A stretch of DNA of 64,000 bases from NCBI RefSeq assembly GCF_001447785.1, contig NW_015167069.1, positions 1,226,036-1,290,035 on the forward strand, read 5' to 3'. The position numbers and the translations under genes are program-made. The DNA comes from Gekko japonicus. Taxonomy: Eukaryota. Below are positions 25,041 to 38,299 of this stretch, one piece after another; position 1 is the first letter of the stretch; each line of letters begins with the position of its first letter. Below the pieces are notes generated by a model. It did no database searches. It was given only the letters and a program-made list of their open reading frames with translations, and was not told the DNA's origin.

Positions 25041-25997
25041 TGTGATGGACTACACTTTTTAAAAGCTTAGAAGTGTTGTACAAACAGGTAAAGGACTGTG
25101 AAGGGTTAATTCTTCACAGAAACAGAGAGCCTTGTGTGACAAGCTGCTCCAAGGAATCTGACTGGTTACCATCAGCTGAACAGAGAAAGACTTCTGATCT
25201 ATATGTTGAGGAGGATTCAGTCAGTTTTCTGCCTTGACTGAGCTGAGTACTGACAGTCTCTTTTCAGCCTTAGCTGAGAGCAGTTTAACACAGACAGGAG
25301 AACTGGGGGAAAGTTGGCAAGGAAGTTTAAGAAGTAGGAGGAGACTTCCATTTGGGCCAAGGAAAGGGGATAGATCTTCTAGAGAAAGAATAAAATTCCG
25401 TACCAAGTCAAACAGGGAAGAGTGGAGAGATCCCTGGTCTGGTGTGGTTAGAAACTGCCTGTAGAAACCTTAAGAGTCAGTTAAAAACTCAATTTGAGTA
25501 CTGGTATTTCAAGAGATGGGGGTTGGGTACTGGACAGAGTGCAATAGCTGAAAAGGTGCACCAGCCTTCTGGAAACCAAAAAAAAATGTACTGGAGTGTT
25601 TGGGGGAAAATGGAACAAAAGCCTTTCAACATAAAGATTTTAAGTAACTCTGAATAGCTTAAGAAACTCTTATTAGCCTGAAACATAAGAACTAAAGTCT
25701 GTGCATGTATTGGTTTTACCTCATAAATTTCAACCTCTGATTTCACCTGTCCTTTCCCCTCTATGTTAAATAAAATATTTTGTTATTTTTGAATGTCAAA
25801 ATGCCTCGAGTGCCATTTAAGTTAAAGTGGGCTCCCAATCCTTCCCACAGGTTCCTGGGCTGAGCCAACAGAGTGGGACAGCCAGAGTTCTTCAGCAAAG
25901 AAGGAAACACATTACTAGGGTGGCTCAATCAGTTTGGGAAATAAAAATGGAGGGAAACTCTTGCCTCTGAGGGAGGGAAGTGGATGGAGTCATCACA
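25041..25997 (+). mobile_element. Solo LTR (957 bp) inserted in a hAT-derived repeat
   Basis: TGTGATG...CATCACA inverted termini, flanks GCGTG/GTGTG (a TSD with one CpG-type transition), and internal AATAAA near 25768. Confidence 0.7.
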
Positions 25998-27342
25998 GTG
26001 TGACATCACTTCTGGCTTTCTCTGAAAAGTGATGTTTCTTGGCAGACATTTATTTAACAAAATCCTCATAGCTTCTCCAAGAGGCAGGGCAGGGGATCCT
26101 GGCGACCCTAAGCCCTACCTACAAAATAACATTCCTATGAAGCTAATAATTCATAGACATTCAAACACACACAGACAAGTGCTTGGAATCTGGATTATGC
26201 ATGGTAGGAGGAAACCCGTGATTTTTCCATTCATGCTCTTAAGACCCCCCACCCCCAGGAAATAGGGCAGACCAACTCAATGTGGAATGCAGCTACAGCA
26301 CTAATTTTTAACAGGCCTGGGCTTAGACCTGGCATTGATGTGGGTGAATAAGATAATCATGTTTCCTTTATTTATGGGGTAGTGATAATGGAAACATAGA
26401 GATGTACCACAGGGCAAACTCCTGAAGTAGGAGTCTTTGATTGTAGAGGATCTTGCATCGCTGGCTCAGCTGATGCTGAAAACACAATTCTGCCAGTAGT
26501 TTTCAGAGTATGTTCCAAAGTATGTTTCAGAGAACTCTGGTTCAATGAGCTGATCCATAGTGGCAGATTAGTTTCCCTGAAAGACGGCTTCCTCACCACT
26601 TCTGATCTTCCCCTGAAATTTGCACCTGCTGGGGCTAGCTAAAATGCAACAGCCTTCTAATTGCATTCCAATTCCATTGCTTCCCATGGGTCTAAGTCAA
26701 CTGAGGCTATAGTAATCAAGAGACTTACGGGGGCTAAATGACTCCCTGTGGAATCGCATTGGAAGGGACTAAGCTAAATAATTCATCACAGTGCTGTAGT
26801 ACTGGATCGTCTCTTTCTATCCACTCTGCCCATATTCAGAGCTGTTCAGTCTAAACCACAGTTTAATCATAGAAAGGTTTACTGCACCAGTACCTTAAGA
26901 TGATATAGGACCACTTTGTTTTTGACACTGCAGTAGCATTTTCTGTGATTACACTGGTGTTTTCAGCAGTGAATACCATTGAGCTGTGGCTGGAAGGGAT
27001 GAATTCCTAAACATTTAGTGGACAGACTCTTGGGATGTACAGCCAGTCACAGCTTCTCAGTGCTTGTCCATTATGCAATGACAAGCAAGCATCTGCTAGT
27101 CTGCTGTGAGAAATATAAATATGGCCATGACATACCTGATTGCTGTGTGATATCTGATCCATGCCCACTACAGGGGAGGGTGGGAATGCTTAATACATAA
27201 AAGTAACTGTTTCATTATTCTCATCATGTTCTTTGTTGCTAACCAATGTTGCCCAGCAAGGAGCTTTGTGCTCTCTTATAGATATATTAAAAAAACTGTA
27301 TGTAAAATGTGCAAAGGGGACTCTGATGTGAAGTGACCAGAT

Positions 27343-28332
27343 TGTGATGCCAGACACATGGCAGCAAGAGCCAGAGATGGTTCCTGAGGTTGCTCCATTC
27401 CAGATGTATCCCTAGACACATGAAACACTCCAGAACAGCCATCTGTCATTGCTGTTTAAACTAAGGACTCCCAACGCCATTAGTCCTTCTTCATCGCGCT
27501 GGCAGTCTCCCTCCTGCCACCTTCTCTGCATCTCAGAGGCACGAAAGACTCTTTCCTGCCTTTCACCTGACAAAGGACTTGGCCTTCCTCATCCATTCCA
27601 GGAACCGGTTCTGCAGCCCAGAGACATAGGACACAATAGGTGCTGGCAGATGAGTCATCATGACCCTAGAGGTGTCTCAGCCACGAGTTCAGATCAAATC
27701 CAATATTGACCCATCCTTAAGCCCTCTTCCCCATTGCGGACGTGACTTTTGGAATGGACCACCAAGAGGTGGTCCCAAGGGAGGTGGCCAACAAAGCCCT
27801 CTCCCCAGAGCCCCCCATACAAAAGTGAGCACCCAGCAATATGCTCTCTCCATGCTCCCCAAGCTCTCTACATCCCTGCTATGCCCTCTATATGTCCTTT
27901 CTAACTTGTTAGCCTCTTAGCTCTTGCTATTCTGAAACCCACCCGGTTTCTTTAAGGCTCTTGGATTGCAGCCAGAGTCTTCCATGTGCTTCTGTCAGTT
28001 CAGAACACTATTTCCATTTCCTAGCATAATTTTCCTTCCTAATTAGTCTCCCCTATTCTTCTACTGGGACACATCATCTCATCAGGACAGGTAAATATCG
28101 GCCCCCCCAAACGATCTTCTGCTCATGCGAATGTCTCTTGATTGTCTATCTAATTTTCCTAGAAGCTGTACAATAGTGTGTATGCATGTGTATTGTTTGT
28201 GTGTGAAGAATCTCCAGTAAAAGGAAAACATTTTTATACTGACTCCAGCTTCCGTGTCTATTACTGGTATCTCCTGGAAGCAGCAGGACCTCTGTATATA
28301 CAGGTGTTGTTTCCTTAGGGCCTATTGCTACA
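27343..28332 (+). mobile_element. Possible solo LTR
   Basis: TG...CA bounded ~1 kb segment with LTR-like composition and AGTAAA near the end. No TSD found. Confidence 0.3.
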
Positions 28333-28827
28333 TTATAAGATCATAATTCCCCATTATAATGAATAATTCAGAGCAATCAGGTTAACACCAATTATCTTTT
28401 TTCCCTTCTTGATTTTGGATCAATATAAATATTACACAAAATAAACACTGGTGCAAAAATTTCAGTGACAAAGTAATTATCACTTTCTAGCATTTTAGTG
28501 GTGAGCAAACACTCCCATGTTTGGTTTGAAATTTCTCACCTTTTCACAAGAATCCCTGCTGANNNNNNNNNNNNNNNNNNNNNNNNNNNNNNNNNNNNNN
28601 NNNNNNNNNNNNNNNNNNNNNNNNNNNNNNNNNNNNNNNNNNNNNNNNNNNNNNNNNNNNNNNNNNNNNNNNNNNNNNNNNNNNNNNNNNNNNNNNNTGC
28701 TGAACACTCAAAAATGTTCAACAGATATTTCTGAGTGTTCAGTATACATGTGAGCACAGATAGGTGTCTACACCCTGCTCCCTTAGCCACAAGCCTGGAT
28801 AGCGAAAGTAACCTTCCACTGAAAATA

Positions 28828-29240
28828 GGGCGGGACTCAGGCTCTGTTGAAGTGCACTTGCTTTGCATGCAGAAAGTCCCATGTTCAATCTAGAGCATCT
28901 CCAGTTAAAACAAGGTTGCTCTCAGCTTCAGTTGGAAAAACTCAGTGTCGCACATGAGGAAAAACTGGAAGTGACAACGCATAACTCTAGGAATCACCAG
29001 AGGTTTCTGGCAATTCCTAGAGTGACATGACATCATGGCACGTACATCGCTGTGCACACACACCCCATGCTAATCTCCCCTGGTTTCTAGACACAGCCAC
29101 AAACCTAAGTTGAAAGGATCTGGTAGGAGTTGACATTAAGTTCCTCTACCTGAGATCCTGGAAAGCTGCTGTCAGAGCAGACAACACTGACCTTGATAGA
29201 CCAAAGTCTGACTCAGTATAAAGCAGCTTTGTGCATTCAT
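28828..29240 (+). mobile_element. Squam3-like SINE interrupted by a hAT-derived insert (28911-29107)
   Basis: SINE head and tail are split by an insert flanked by AGTTAAAA/AGTTGAAA (8-bp TSD, one mismatch). Confidence 0.7.
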
Positions 29241-29703
29241 CACTTTTTAAACAGACAATAGGCCCTTTTCTGGGGCCTATTGCCCCTATAACTGACTCTT
29301 CTTAGTCTTCTCCAGTACAACTTTCTGCCAGAGTTGATGAAAACTGTAGTTCTCCTAGTCTCCCAAATGGAGTCAGAAGGTCAAATAGACTGTAATACTG
29401 TAAATCCCAATATACCCAAGCAATCCAGTAAATTCTGAGCATGCAGCAGCAGCTGCTGCCAGCTGTTTCCCTATGTGAGGACGTATGCTGCCAGTATTTG
29501 AAGCAAGACTCATTTTAATTTATGAATGACTCAGCAATTTCATAATATGCAGTGCTGACTTTAGAGAAACAAACACAATGAACAAGGTAACATGGATTGT
29601 TGTTCACATTATTTTTGAGGACCATGGAGTCACTAACACTGGGATGTACTTCTAAAGTTTTCTAAACAAAAAAAAAACCCCTGTATGCTCACGACTGGTA
29701 TTG

Positions 29704-30740
29704 AAAAAATAATAATAATAATAATAATAATAAACTTTATTGTCATTGTACATAGTACAACGAAATTAAGGTGCAATCATTCGGTGATCTACAAGCATAC
29801 TCATATACACTCACACAACCATTAGGGTTCACATTGCAACTTAACCACCAATGTCAACAAAACCACCAAATTCCAATTCATACAGCATTTAAAGCAATAA
29901 TAGCTCTCGAATAAAAACTGTTTTTTAATCTGTTTGTCCTTGTTTTGATTGTCCTATATCTTCTACCCGAAGGCAGCAGTTCAAACAGGGAGTGTTCAGG
30001 GTGTGACAATTCCTGCAAAATGTTCTTTGCTTTTTTCAAGCATCGAGAACTATACAATTCCTCCATGAGTGGGAGAGGACAGCCAATAATCTTCTGGGCT
30101 GTGATGATAACTCTCTGGAGTGCTTTCCTCTCCACAGCCGTACAACTGGCAAACCAGACACAGACACAGTATGTTAAAATGCTCTCTATTGAGCAGCGAT
30201 AGAAAGACATCAGTATTTTCTCACTCAAGTTATTTTTCTTTAAAAGTCTGAGAAAAAAAAGCCTCTGCTGGGCCTTCTTCACCAGAGCAGTGGTGTTAGT
30301 GCTCCAAGTCAAGTTCTGCTCAATAATCACTCCCAAGAACTTAAAAGTAGCCACCCTCTCCACACGTTCTCCACCAATAAACAGTGGCTGAATGTCCGTT
30401 TTGTTCCTCCTATAGTCCACTACCAATTCCTTGGTTTTGGTGGTGTTGAGGATCAAATTATTTTCCCTGCACCAAACACAAAGCCGTTCCACCTCGTCCC
30501 GATAAGCAGACTCATCATTCCCAGAGATGAGCCCCACCACAGTGGTGTCATCAGCAAACTTGATGATGGTGTTACTGGGGTGGGTGGGGGTACAATCCTG
30601 TGTGTAGAGGGTATAGAGCAAGTGGCTCAATACACAGCCTTGTGGAGAACTGGTATTAAGGGTAAGGGCTGTGAACATATAGGACCCTACTCTAACCCTC
30701 TGGGGGCGGGCTCTCAAAAAGTTCAAAATCCAGAAACATA
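29704..30740 (-). mobile_element. 5'-truncated Rex1/Babar-clade LINE
   Basis: Open RT C-terminal frame, short 3' UTR, and AATAAA followed by a (TTA)n tail. Confidence 0.88.
29878..30726 (-). CDS. Rex1/Babar reverse transcriptase C-terminal half plus DUF1891-like region (5'-truncated, no true start)
   Basis: WILNFL..RPQRVRVG, PQGCVLS, KFADDTTVVGLI, LNTTKTKELVVDYRR, FKFLGV, KKAQQRLFFLR, LFELLPSGRRYR..TNRLKNSF. Confidence 0.85.
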   Translation of the reverse strand: MNFLRARPQRVRVGSYMFTALTLNTSSPQGCVLSHLLYTLYTQDCTPTHPSNTIIKFADDTTVVGLISGNDESAYRDEVERLCVWCRENNLILNTTKTKELVVDYRRNKTDIQPLFIGGERVERVATFKFLGVIIEQNLTWSTNTTALVKKAQQRLFFLRLLKKNNLSEKILMSFYRCSIESILTYCVCVWFASCTAVERKALQRVIITAQKIIGCPLPLMEELYSSRCLKKAKNILQELSHPEHSLFELLPSGRRYRTIKTRTNRLKNSFYSRAIIALNAV

Positions 30741-31749
30741 CATTGACTGTAGGGATTGTTTATTTGATGTGCTGGTATGGATGTTTTGGAACTATTTCCC
30801 CATGTCTTTGGGAGAGACTGACAATACTGCCACATTTTAAAAAGAAATTAACAATTAAGTAAATTATGATGTTGATCCAAAATATTTGTTGTACCCTGCT
30901 ATACGCTGTCAATGAAGTGTTGCAGATAGTTGATTAAGTCAATGAATGTGGTGCCATCATTTCCTTGAAGCAAACCTTGTATTTATTAACTAAGAAGCTT
31001 ATTGCATTAGTAGCACTTTACATACTCAGTGAGGGTTTTGGGGCTAATGGGCTGGATTAATTAGCTGGTATTAACTCCTGAAGTCTTCACCTCTGTAGAT
31101 CTTGCTACTAAATGGTGTCAGCCTTGCAGTCTTAATGGGTGCCGACTGGAAACAAACATTCAGTTACAAGGGGCATTTACATAAACCTGAGTCAGGAAGA
31201 TTAACATTGAGATATTGGGTGGAAGAAAGAAAAGGCATCCAAATCTTTTGTTTCTGAGTAAAATTCAGGCTCTGGAGTCTAAACTCTTGCCATCCATGCT
31301 GCAGAATAACAATTGCCTTAAACGTAGAATACAATTTTGGTTTTGCCTGTAATCACTTGATATTCTGGATTCACCTTTCATACCTGTTCTCAACGTTCCA
31401 TTAGCATGTTTTCACTCCAGTGGGAATCTAAGACTTGCCCTGCTGACTTAGATGATCTGTCCTGCTTGTAGCAGATTAGGATGTTTCAGGAAGTGTCCGT
31501 CTTCACAAGCTGTTCAGAGATCCTTCCCTCTTGCAGCTCACACCCTATCTTACAGCAAAATAAACGGAACTATCATCTTGCAGCCAAGCAGTTGCCCAAT
31601 GGATTCCAATCAATATATGAAACTTGGCACTTCTTCCACTCTGGCTTTTTGGTCTTCTGCCCTCTTACAATCTCTACAGCACAATGCTGCAGTGATAGAA
31701 GAAGCCCCCAAACTGGCAACATTCCATTGTTATGCAACTCTTGCAGTTC

Positions 31750-31830
31750 TATCCTAAGCAGAGTTACACCCCACTAAGTCCATTGATGTCAATGGGCTTA
31801 GAAGGGTGTAACTGCTTATGATGGCACTGT
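31750..31830. repeat. ~85-bp palindromic MITE-like hairpin repeat (best-preserved copy)
   Basis: atcctaagcagagttacaccccactaagtccattgatgtcaatgggcttagaagggtgtaactgctta is self-complementary. Related copies lie at about 6823, 16890, 19590, 44265, 58620 and 59845. Confidence 0.8.
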
Positions 31831-34800
31831 TAAAAGTGCAGCAGATCCAGTTACATCTAAGTTCTACATCTATGCCCTGTCGACTCTCTGATCCTGGAGA
31901 AAATGACTGCTTTGAAGGGAGGATTCCATGGCTTTATACCCTGAAGAGGTCCCCCCTTCCCAAACCCCACCCTCCCCAGGCTTCACCCCCCCCCCAATTC
32001 TCCAGGAATTTCCCAACCTGGAGTTAACAATCTTGGAGTTAACAACCTTAGGTTTAACTCTACTTGGTAGGCTAGACAAGTGTAAAATAAGGAATGCCTA
32101 CTCTTCTTACAGAAGTTTAGCTATAGCCTTAAATAAAGGCCTATATTCCTTTAGCTTTCTTTATCTGAACTACTAACACATCAGATGCGGGAACCTGTGC
32201 TCTGTTTGCTGACTTAGACCAGTTCTCCTCATTGCCAAATGACAACAGGAAACTAACTGTTAAATACAGGGAAAATTCTGGCGTCTACCCTCCCACCACC
32301 TGTACAGCAAACTGTACTTCCATGCTGCCTTTATCTCTGCACCGCCTGCATAGCACCATTCCTGACTGTAATACTGTAGCCCACTGTTCCACCACAACTG
32401 TTTTTCTTCACATTTCTTTCTGCCGGCTTCAAAGGAAATTAGGGTTCATTTTTTAAAAAAAATGATGAGGAACAGAAGAGCACTAAAATGATGTGAGCCT
32501 CACAGTATAGCCTCACAGTATACCCACCAAGACATTTTAACTAAAAGGAAACAGAATAAAATACAAACACCTTGCTACAGCCAGGTGGTGTGTCATCAAA
32601 GATCAGCTGTAATGCCTGTGATATTTCTTATCACTGGAATACAGTTCCCATCACTGGAGGACTTTTTTAACTTGATAACTTACACCCCAGCTGCTCATAT
32701 GAATTGGCCCTGCATAATTTTGATGACCTTGACCTTGCTGACAGTTACCAAGTGACAGCTCCATCCAGCAAAATAAGACCATGGAAACAGGGATGGGGGT
32801 GGTTATGTTCCAAGATAGACCAAATCAGAAGGCTAATCAAACAATTGGTTTACTTTTTGGGGAATTGTTTTTTCTCTGGAACATAAGAACTTAAAGAGGA
32901 AAGATTCAATAGAACTACACGATTCTGCAGATGAATGGTTTTTTTAAGAGGCCAGCTTCCTTTTCAAATTCAGTGGAGATTTCTCTTCTTATGAGTAATC
33001 TGCTTTCCAAGCAACCATGACATCATCATCGTATTAGATGCGAGCATCAGCAAAGTTATTTAGGTGCCCTCAAGCAATGTAGTGAAATGGCTATGTGGAC
33101 AAACCATCTACCACATTTTCCACCAAGGAGCACAGGGGGGGTGTAATGGACAGTGAATGGCTAATGCTTTAACCCAGTCTGAAAACCTTGAGTGACAGAG
33201 GATTCAAAAGGAATTCTAGAGTTGAGTGTCAGCTAAGAGTGACAGTTGAGAGTGGCAGTTCAGTTAAGAGAAGTTAAGCAGAATGAAAAGATCCTGAATT
33301 AGGGAAGTGGGAACAGTAGCCCTCCCCGTGGGAAATAGCTCCTAGTAAAAGGGGGTGATCTCTATCAATTGGTAAAGAAGGAAAATTGGAACCTGTGTGC
33401 ATGTTCCTGCCTTTACTAACTTAAGTAATTCTGAGACAAAGACGCTTATGCCTGTTTATTTAAGCAGTTACTGCCATGTGACCTCTCTCCATGGTTTAAG
33501 AACCTGTCTGCAGAACAAAATAGCTACTTTCTTCTAACAATTGTTTACAGTTATATTAAGTTACCTCATTCCTGTTGCCTGTTCACTTGCCAAGTTCAAA
33601 CCTAAAACCCACCTGACCATCTGATTTGCCCATTCCACCATACAAGTTAAATTAAGCAGTTTGTTTTGAATTGCTATCAAAGGATTTGTATCAGTTCCTC
33701 AGTTCCCTGAGCTGGATTAGCACAAATCAGTAAACATTTAAACAACTGGATGGGACAGACAGATAAACAAAGAAGAAAGGGGACTGCTGAGCAAGAGAAA
33801 CATGGTTCAACAGCCCACAGCTGTTGGGCTGGGGGGACACCTTTGTCTCCCAGCCGGAAGAGGCAGGCTGGGATTTGGGCACCAAAAGCACCACATACGG
33901 GCATCAGGAGGGGGAAGGGCCAAGAAGGTTTAAAGCCTGGCCCTGCCTCTTCTCCTCAGCAGTCCTGAGCAGTCATCAGCTGAGGAGGAGCTCCACGGTG
34001 CATCTTCAGTGAAGGCCTACCTGCATTGCAGGGCCCATGACGGAGGCTCCTCTTTGGGTTGGCATCCGACATGAGTGGAGGCTTGCAGTGTCTGGTGCTG
34101 ATCCGGCGGCAGCAGAGGGCATGGCACTGCGGGTGTGTGGCTTGGCAGCAGCGGCGGACCTGGCTGCAGCACGTGGCCTGCCAGGCACTGCATTGGAGGC
34201 CAGTGCAGGAGCGCAGGAGCTCACAGACTGGGTGGACCCCTGGTCATGATGGGACCAATGGCAATGTTTGGAGGGACCCAGCGGCAGTGTGCAGCTAGCT
34301 GGGCCGGGCTTTGGCTGGCTTTGGGGCACTGGCAGGCTGAGACCAGCCGGTGGCTTGTTGCGCACACTGCGTTCCTGGGGCAGCTGCATGCATGCTAATT
34401 GGCGCCGAGGTGCGTGGTATGTAGTGAAGCCCTTGCTAGGAATGGCTGCGGGAGGGAAGGACCTTGAGAAGCGGGAAGCGGCTGGTAGTGCACCAGGGGA
34501 AGGGAGCTTGGGGCCTGGGGGGTTTCGTAACTGCCCCGAGGGACAGCGGCCATGGACCAACACTGGGTGGTGTTTTGGCGGCAAGTTGCCCCTCTTCTCC
34601 CTCTCAACGCTCCCCCCTTTTCATTTTTCCTTGGGCCACCGGGCGGTTGGCCAGTGGGGTGGCTGGGCCTAACCTGGATAGCCCAGGCTGGCCCGGTCCG
34701 GTCAGATCTTGGAGGCTGGGCAGGGTTGGCCCTGGTTAGTGCTTGGGTGAGAGACCATCTAGGAGGTCCAGGGTTGCTATGCAGAGGCAGGAAATGGCTG

Positions 34801-35381
34801 GCCACCTTGGTTTGTCTGCCCTGACCATGAGGGCCTGGGCTAGCCCAAGCTCATTGTTTGAGCACCCCTGCTAGGCTTCTTCGGTTCCCCTTGTTCCTTC
34901 AGCTATTTTACGGCTGGTTTGGGCAGCCGTTTTGTGGCTTGCTGGGCAGCCATTTTGTGACTGGTAGGGCGGCCATTTTGTGGCTGGCAGGGTGGCCTTT
35001 TTGTGGCTGGCAGGGTGGCCATTTTGTTTCCTGGCCTGCGGTGGCCATTTTGTCTATTAGCTCAGGTCCGGTAATTTTTCTTCATACCCTGAATTGGCCA
35101 CCTTTCTCTTTCAGTTGTTCATTCATGTCTGCAATTAGGCAGCTACATTACAGTGATGTAGTGCCAATACTTGGGAGGGGGGAGACACGGTCAAATGTGC
35201 CCCCCCTACAAATTGCTTTTACAGTACATGGTGCTCTAACGTGCCATTGCATATCTCATTCCAATCCTTTAATTTTGTGATTCAGTAATGCTTTTGTTGG
35301 TATTTTCTATGATCTAGTATGTGGTACTAGTCATTAAGAGTTTCACCTTCTGTATGTGCTAATGTGATTGCATTTGATTTG

Positions 35382-35383
<2 letters not shown>

Positions 35384-35415
<32 letters not shown>

Positions 35416-35437
35416 TATATATATATATATATATATA
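35384..35437. repeat. (CA)n(TA)n compound microsatellite
   Basis: Direct read. Confidence 0.95.
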
Positions 35438-37469
35438 TTTAGTTGTGTCCCCATTGGATCTCCAAGTTGTCAAAGTTTCTGCATATGTACAAGTCCAAAT
35501 GCTGTTCATCATGTGACAGGTGCTAGCACCTATGGAGCCGCACTGCCTGCTTCTGCCCTTCACGGTGGTGCACTGGGTTTCTACTTCCACAGTCACATCA
35601 TTATTCTTATGTGTACAAATATCTGAAGCATCCGCTCACCCCATGGACTTTACCAATGGACTGTACCATGGGCTTGGAGTGGGAAAGGAAAAGATAATGT
35701 TTTCTCCCTCCATGGACTTTCATTAGTTTTTTGGGGGGGTAAGACTTACACATCATGTGTACTCATCTTGTTCTATGACAGACAGGGACTGCCCCTGCCT
35801 GATTGAGACCAATTGGTGCCTTCTTGCGGGTATGAATTACCCATACCTGCTGATATGATTTGTCGGTTGATATACTTTCCTTCATTAATGATGTACCACG
35901 TATTTCATTGATGTATTCCTTTGCTTTCCTCTCAATCAGCTAGAGTGAGCCATTTGATCTAGTATGCATTAATCATTTGGTTTTTTCCCTTTCTGTATTT
36001 CTTTTTATACATAAAAGAGAGAAGCACCCCATAATGGCCTCTAAACCTCCACAAGCAGTGATCTTTGTTGGGAGGCGGGAGAGCCACATTCTGGCTGGAA
36101 AAGCTTAGGCCGAGTGCCAGGCCTGCTGCATGATCAGACATCCCTCATGCGACACCCCCCCCCTTTTCTTCTCTGATCAGTCCAGAAGAATTAAGGCTGG
36201 GCAGGTCTCTGCCTTTGTCCCAGGCATTTTTCTGCTGCCCAACTGGCTGGTATTTTGTCTCTCAGGTGTGCAGGCGGGCAGAAACAGATGGCCACTCGTT
36301 GCTGTGACTACCTTAGGACTGGATTATGTATGTTTTCTATCCCAAGTCCTTTCATGCCTTGGAACGCAGGACACACCTCTTGGTAATCAGTACGCTTCTA
36401 CAACTATCTGTTTGTCTAAGATATCTGCCTTTCTCTCACTTGTGTTGGACTCATCCAGGTAACCACTGCTGTAGAATGGTAAGCCATTCAGCTTCATCCT
36501 GCCATACATTAAGGAAAGGATTTTCTCCTCTGCCTGGTACCAGGAAAACATCAGATTGCTCTATTAGTCCACAATGGGAAGCTCATCAGTCCATTGTGAA
36601 ACTAGCTACCACACTGTAACATACCTTTAGGATACATTGTGGGGTATAACTATACCCAGTCCTGCATGTGCCCAGTGTGACTTTCGCTGGGCGCGCACAC
36701 AGCTGACATCCTGGGCACAACTCTGGTCCTCTGTGGTCTTGCTGGTCAGTCCACACATCTCCTCTCATCTTACCTGGGATTCCGTCCTCTCTTCAGGACA
36801 GGTGTAGTACTACTCTGACATTCCCCAACCCCCTTCGGCAGCAACCACTTTTTATATCCTCTTGTGTGCGTGCATCCTCTGATCCGGATGTAACTATCTA
36901 GATTATTATGGTAGTCAAGTAAAACTGATTTGTTACAGTTCAGACCGGTTATTGCCTTACACTAGGGGCTTAAGGAAACTATCTCCATAAAACTGATAGT
37001 GATCCACACTATACCCCAGCCCCTTGTTAGCTCAGTCTTTGTAGCTAATTCCCCAATCTAAGCAAAGGTAAGATATTTATTTAATTAAGCAGTCCTGGAG
37101 TAGCAGATTTGGTGGATTAAGATGCGGGCAGTTATCCTGTATTTCTGGAACTGTGAGTCGGCACACATGACCTGGATTTCCTGATGTTGCAAAAGGTCCC
37201 TGGCGGACCCTTGCTAGGGGTGGGAGAGATTTTGCGTGCTTGGATAATTCTATTGGGGGATCTGCTTTCTCTTTTTCATCTCTACAGTCTCCCCATTTTC
37301 CCTGAGTGTATGCATAGTTTTCCGTGGTGGCAGGACACTGCCTCTGAAAAAATTCTGAGAGGATACTGCGCTGATCGGGTTGGTAGACCAGCGAGCAGGG
37401 TAGCTAGTTGCCACCATTGCCACAAAAATAAAATCAGCGGGTGGGGTAGCCAGTCCCTACCACTGCCAC

Positions 37470-38200
37470 AGTTGTGTAAAATCAGGGGGCAAGGTAACCA
37501 GTTCCTACTGCTGCCAAGTTGTGGAGGTAGCTAGATTTCAGCAACCTTGCAGAAACCATGCATAGATTTTCAGATAACTTGTGCAGGGACATTGTTACCC
37601 TTGATTTGGTCAAGTGCTGAGCAAGAATCTTCCACCATACTCAGACTCAAGGGAGATATAAGCAAGCTAGAGACATGGATTATTACAGGAGGTGACAATC
37701 CATGGGCGCAGGGAGCCTTTAGAGGGCTCGACCCATGCACCATCCTTAAAAATGCCTTCCAGGATGTCTGTAAAACTTAAAATTCCGCTCATCTCGTAAG
37801 GAGGCATATGCTATATGGGGAATGCAGTCTGTACTAGGAGACTGAGCAGCATTCACACGGAGCATGCAGACTCGATATGAAGAGACTGTGGAAAGATTGG
37901 ATGATCAAACAAAGGAGAAGCTGTTGTGCCCTGTGGCAGCTTTGGCTACCTACATGGTGGTCAGGGGTACGGGGGCTGGCTTGCTTTTTTTCAGTGCTAG
38001 GATGGCACTCCCTTAACAAAACACCAATTTTGGACAGTCATCACTAAGGCATTGATGAAGCCAGGGTTGGCAGACAGGTGTTCTCATGCCCACTCCTTCC
38101 GCATTGGAGCACCTTCCTGCAGCAGCCATGGGATACCCGGCGCAGGATACTCGGCGGTTAGGGAGATGGTGTTCCTTAGCATATAAATCCTCTGTGCAGC
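37470..38200 (+). pseudogene. Tyrosine recombinase C-terminal remnant
   Basis: Read across frameshifts: KIRGQG ... LCPVAALATYMVVRGTGAGLLF/DGTPLTKHQFWTVITKALMKPGL...HSFRIGA...RRLGRWCSLAYKS. Confidence 0.85.
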
Positions 38201-38299
38201 CCTGGTCGGGATGCTGAAGGGACGCCAGGGTTGCCTTGCAGGGGAGGTGAACCTGTTCTTCTGCTCACTGTTTTTCGTTACAGGTTTGCTTTGCCAGCA

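Noticed and set aside
34006-35280. Long GC-rich ORFs as a host gene or CpG-island promoter
   Set aside because: They lie inside the decayed Ngaro element, with no splice structure or known protein match
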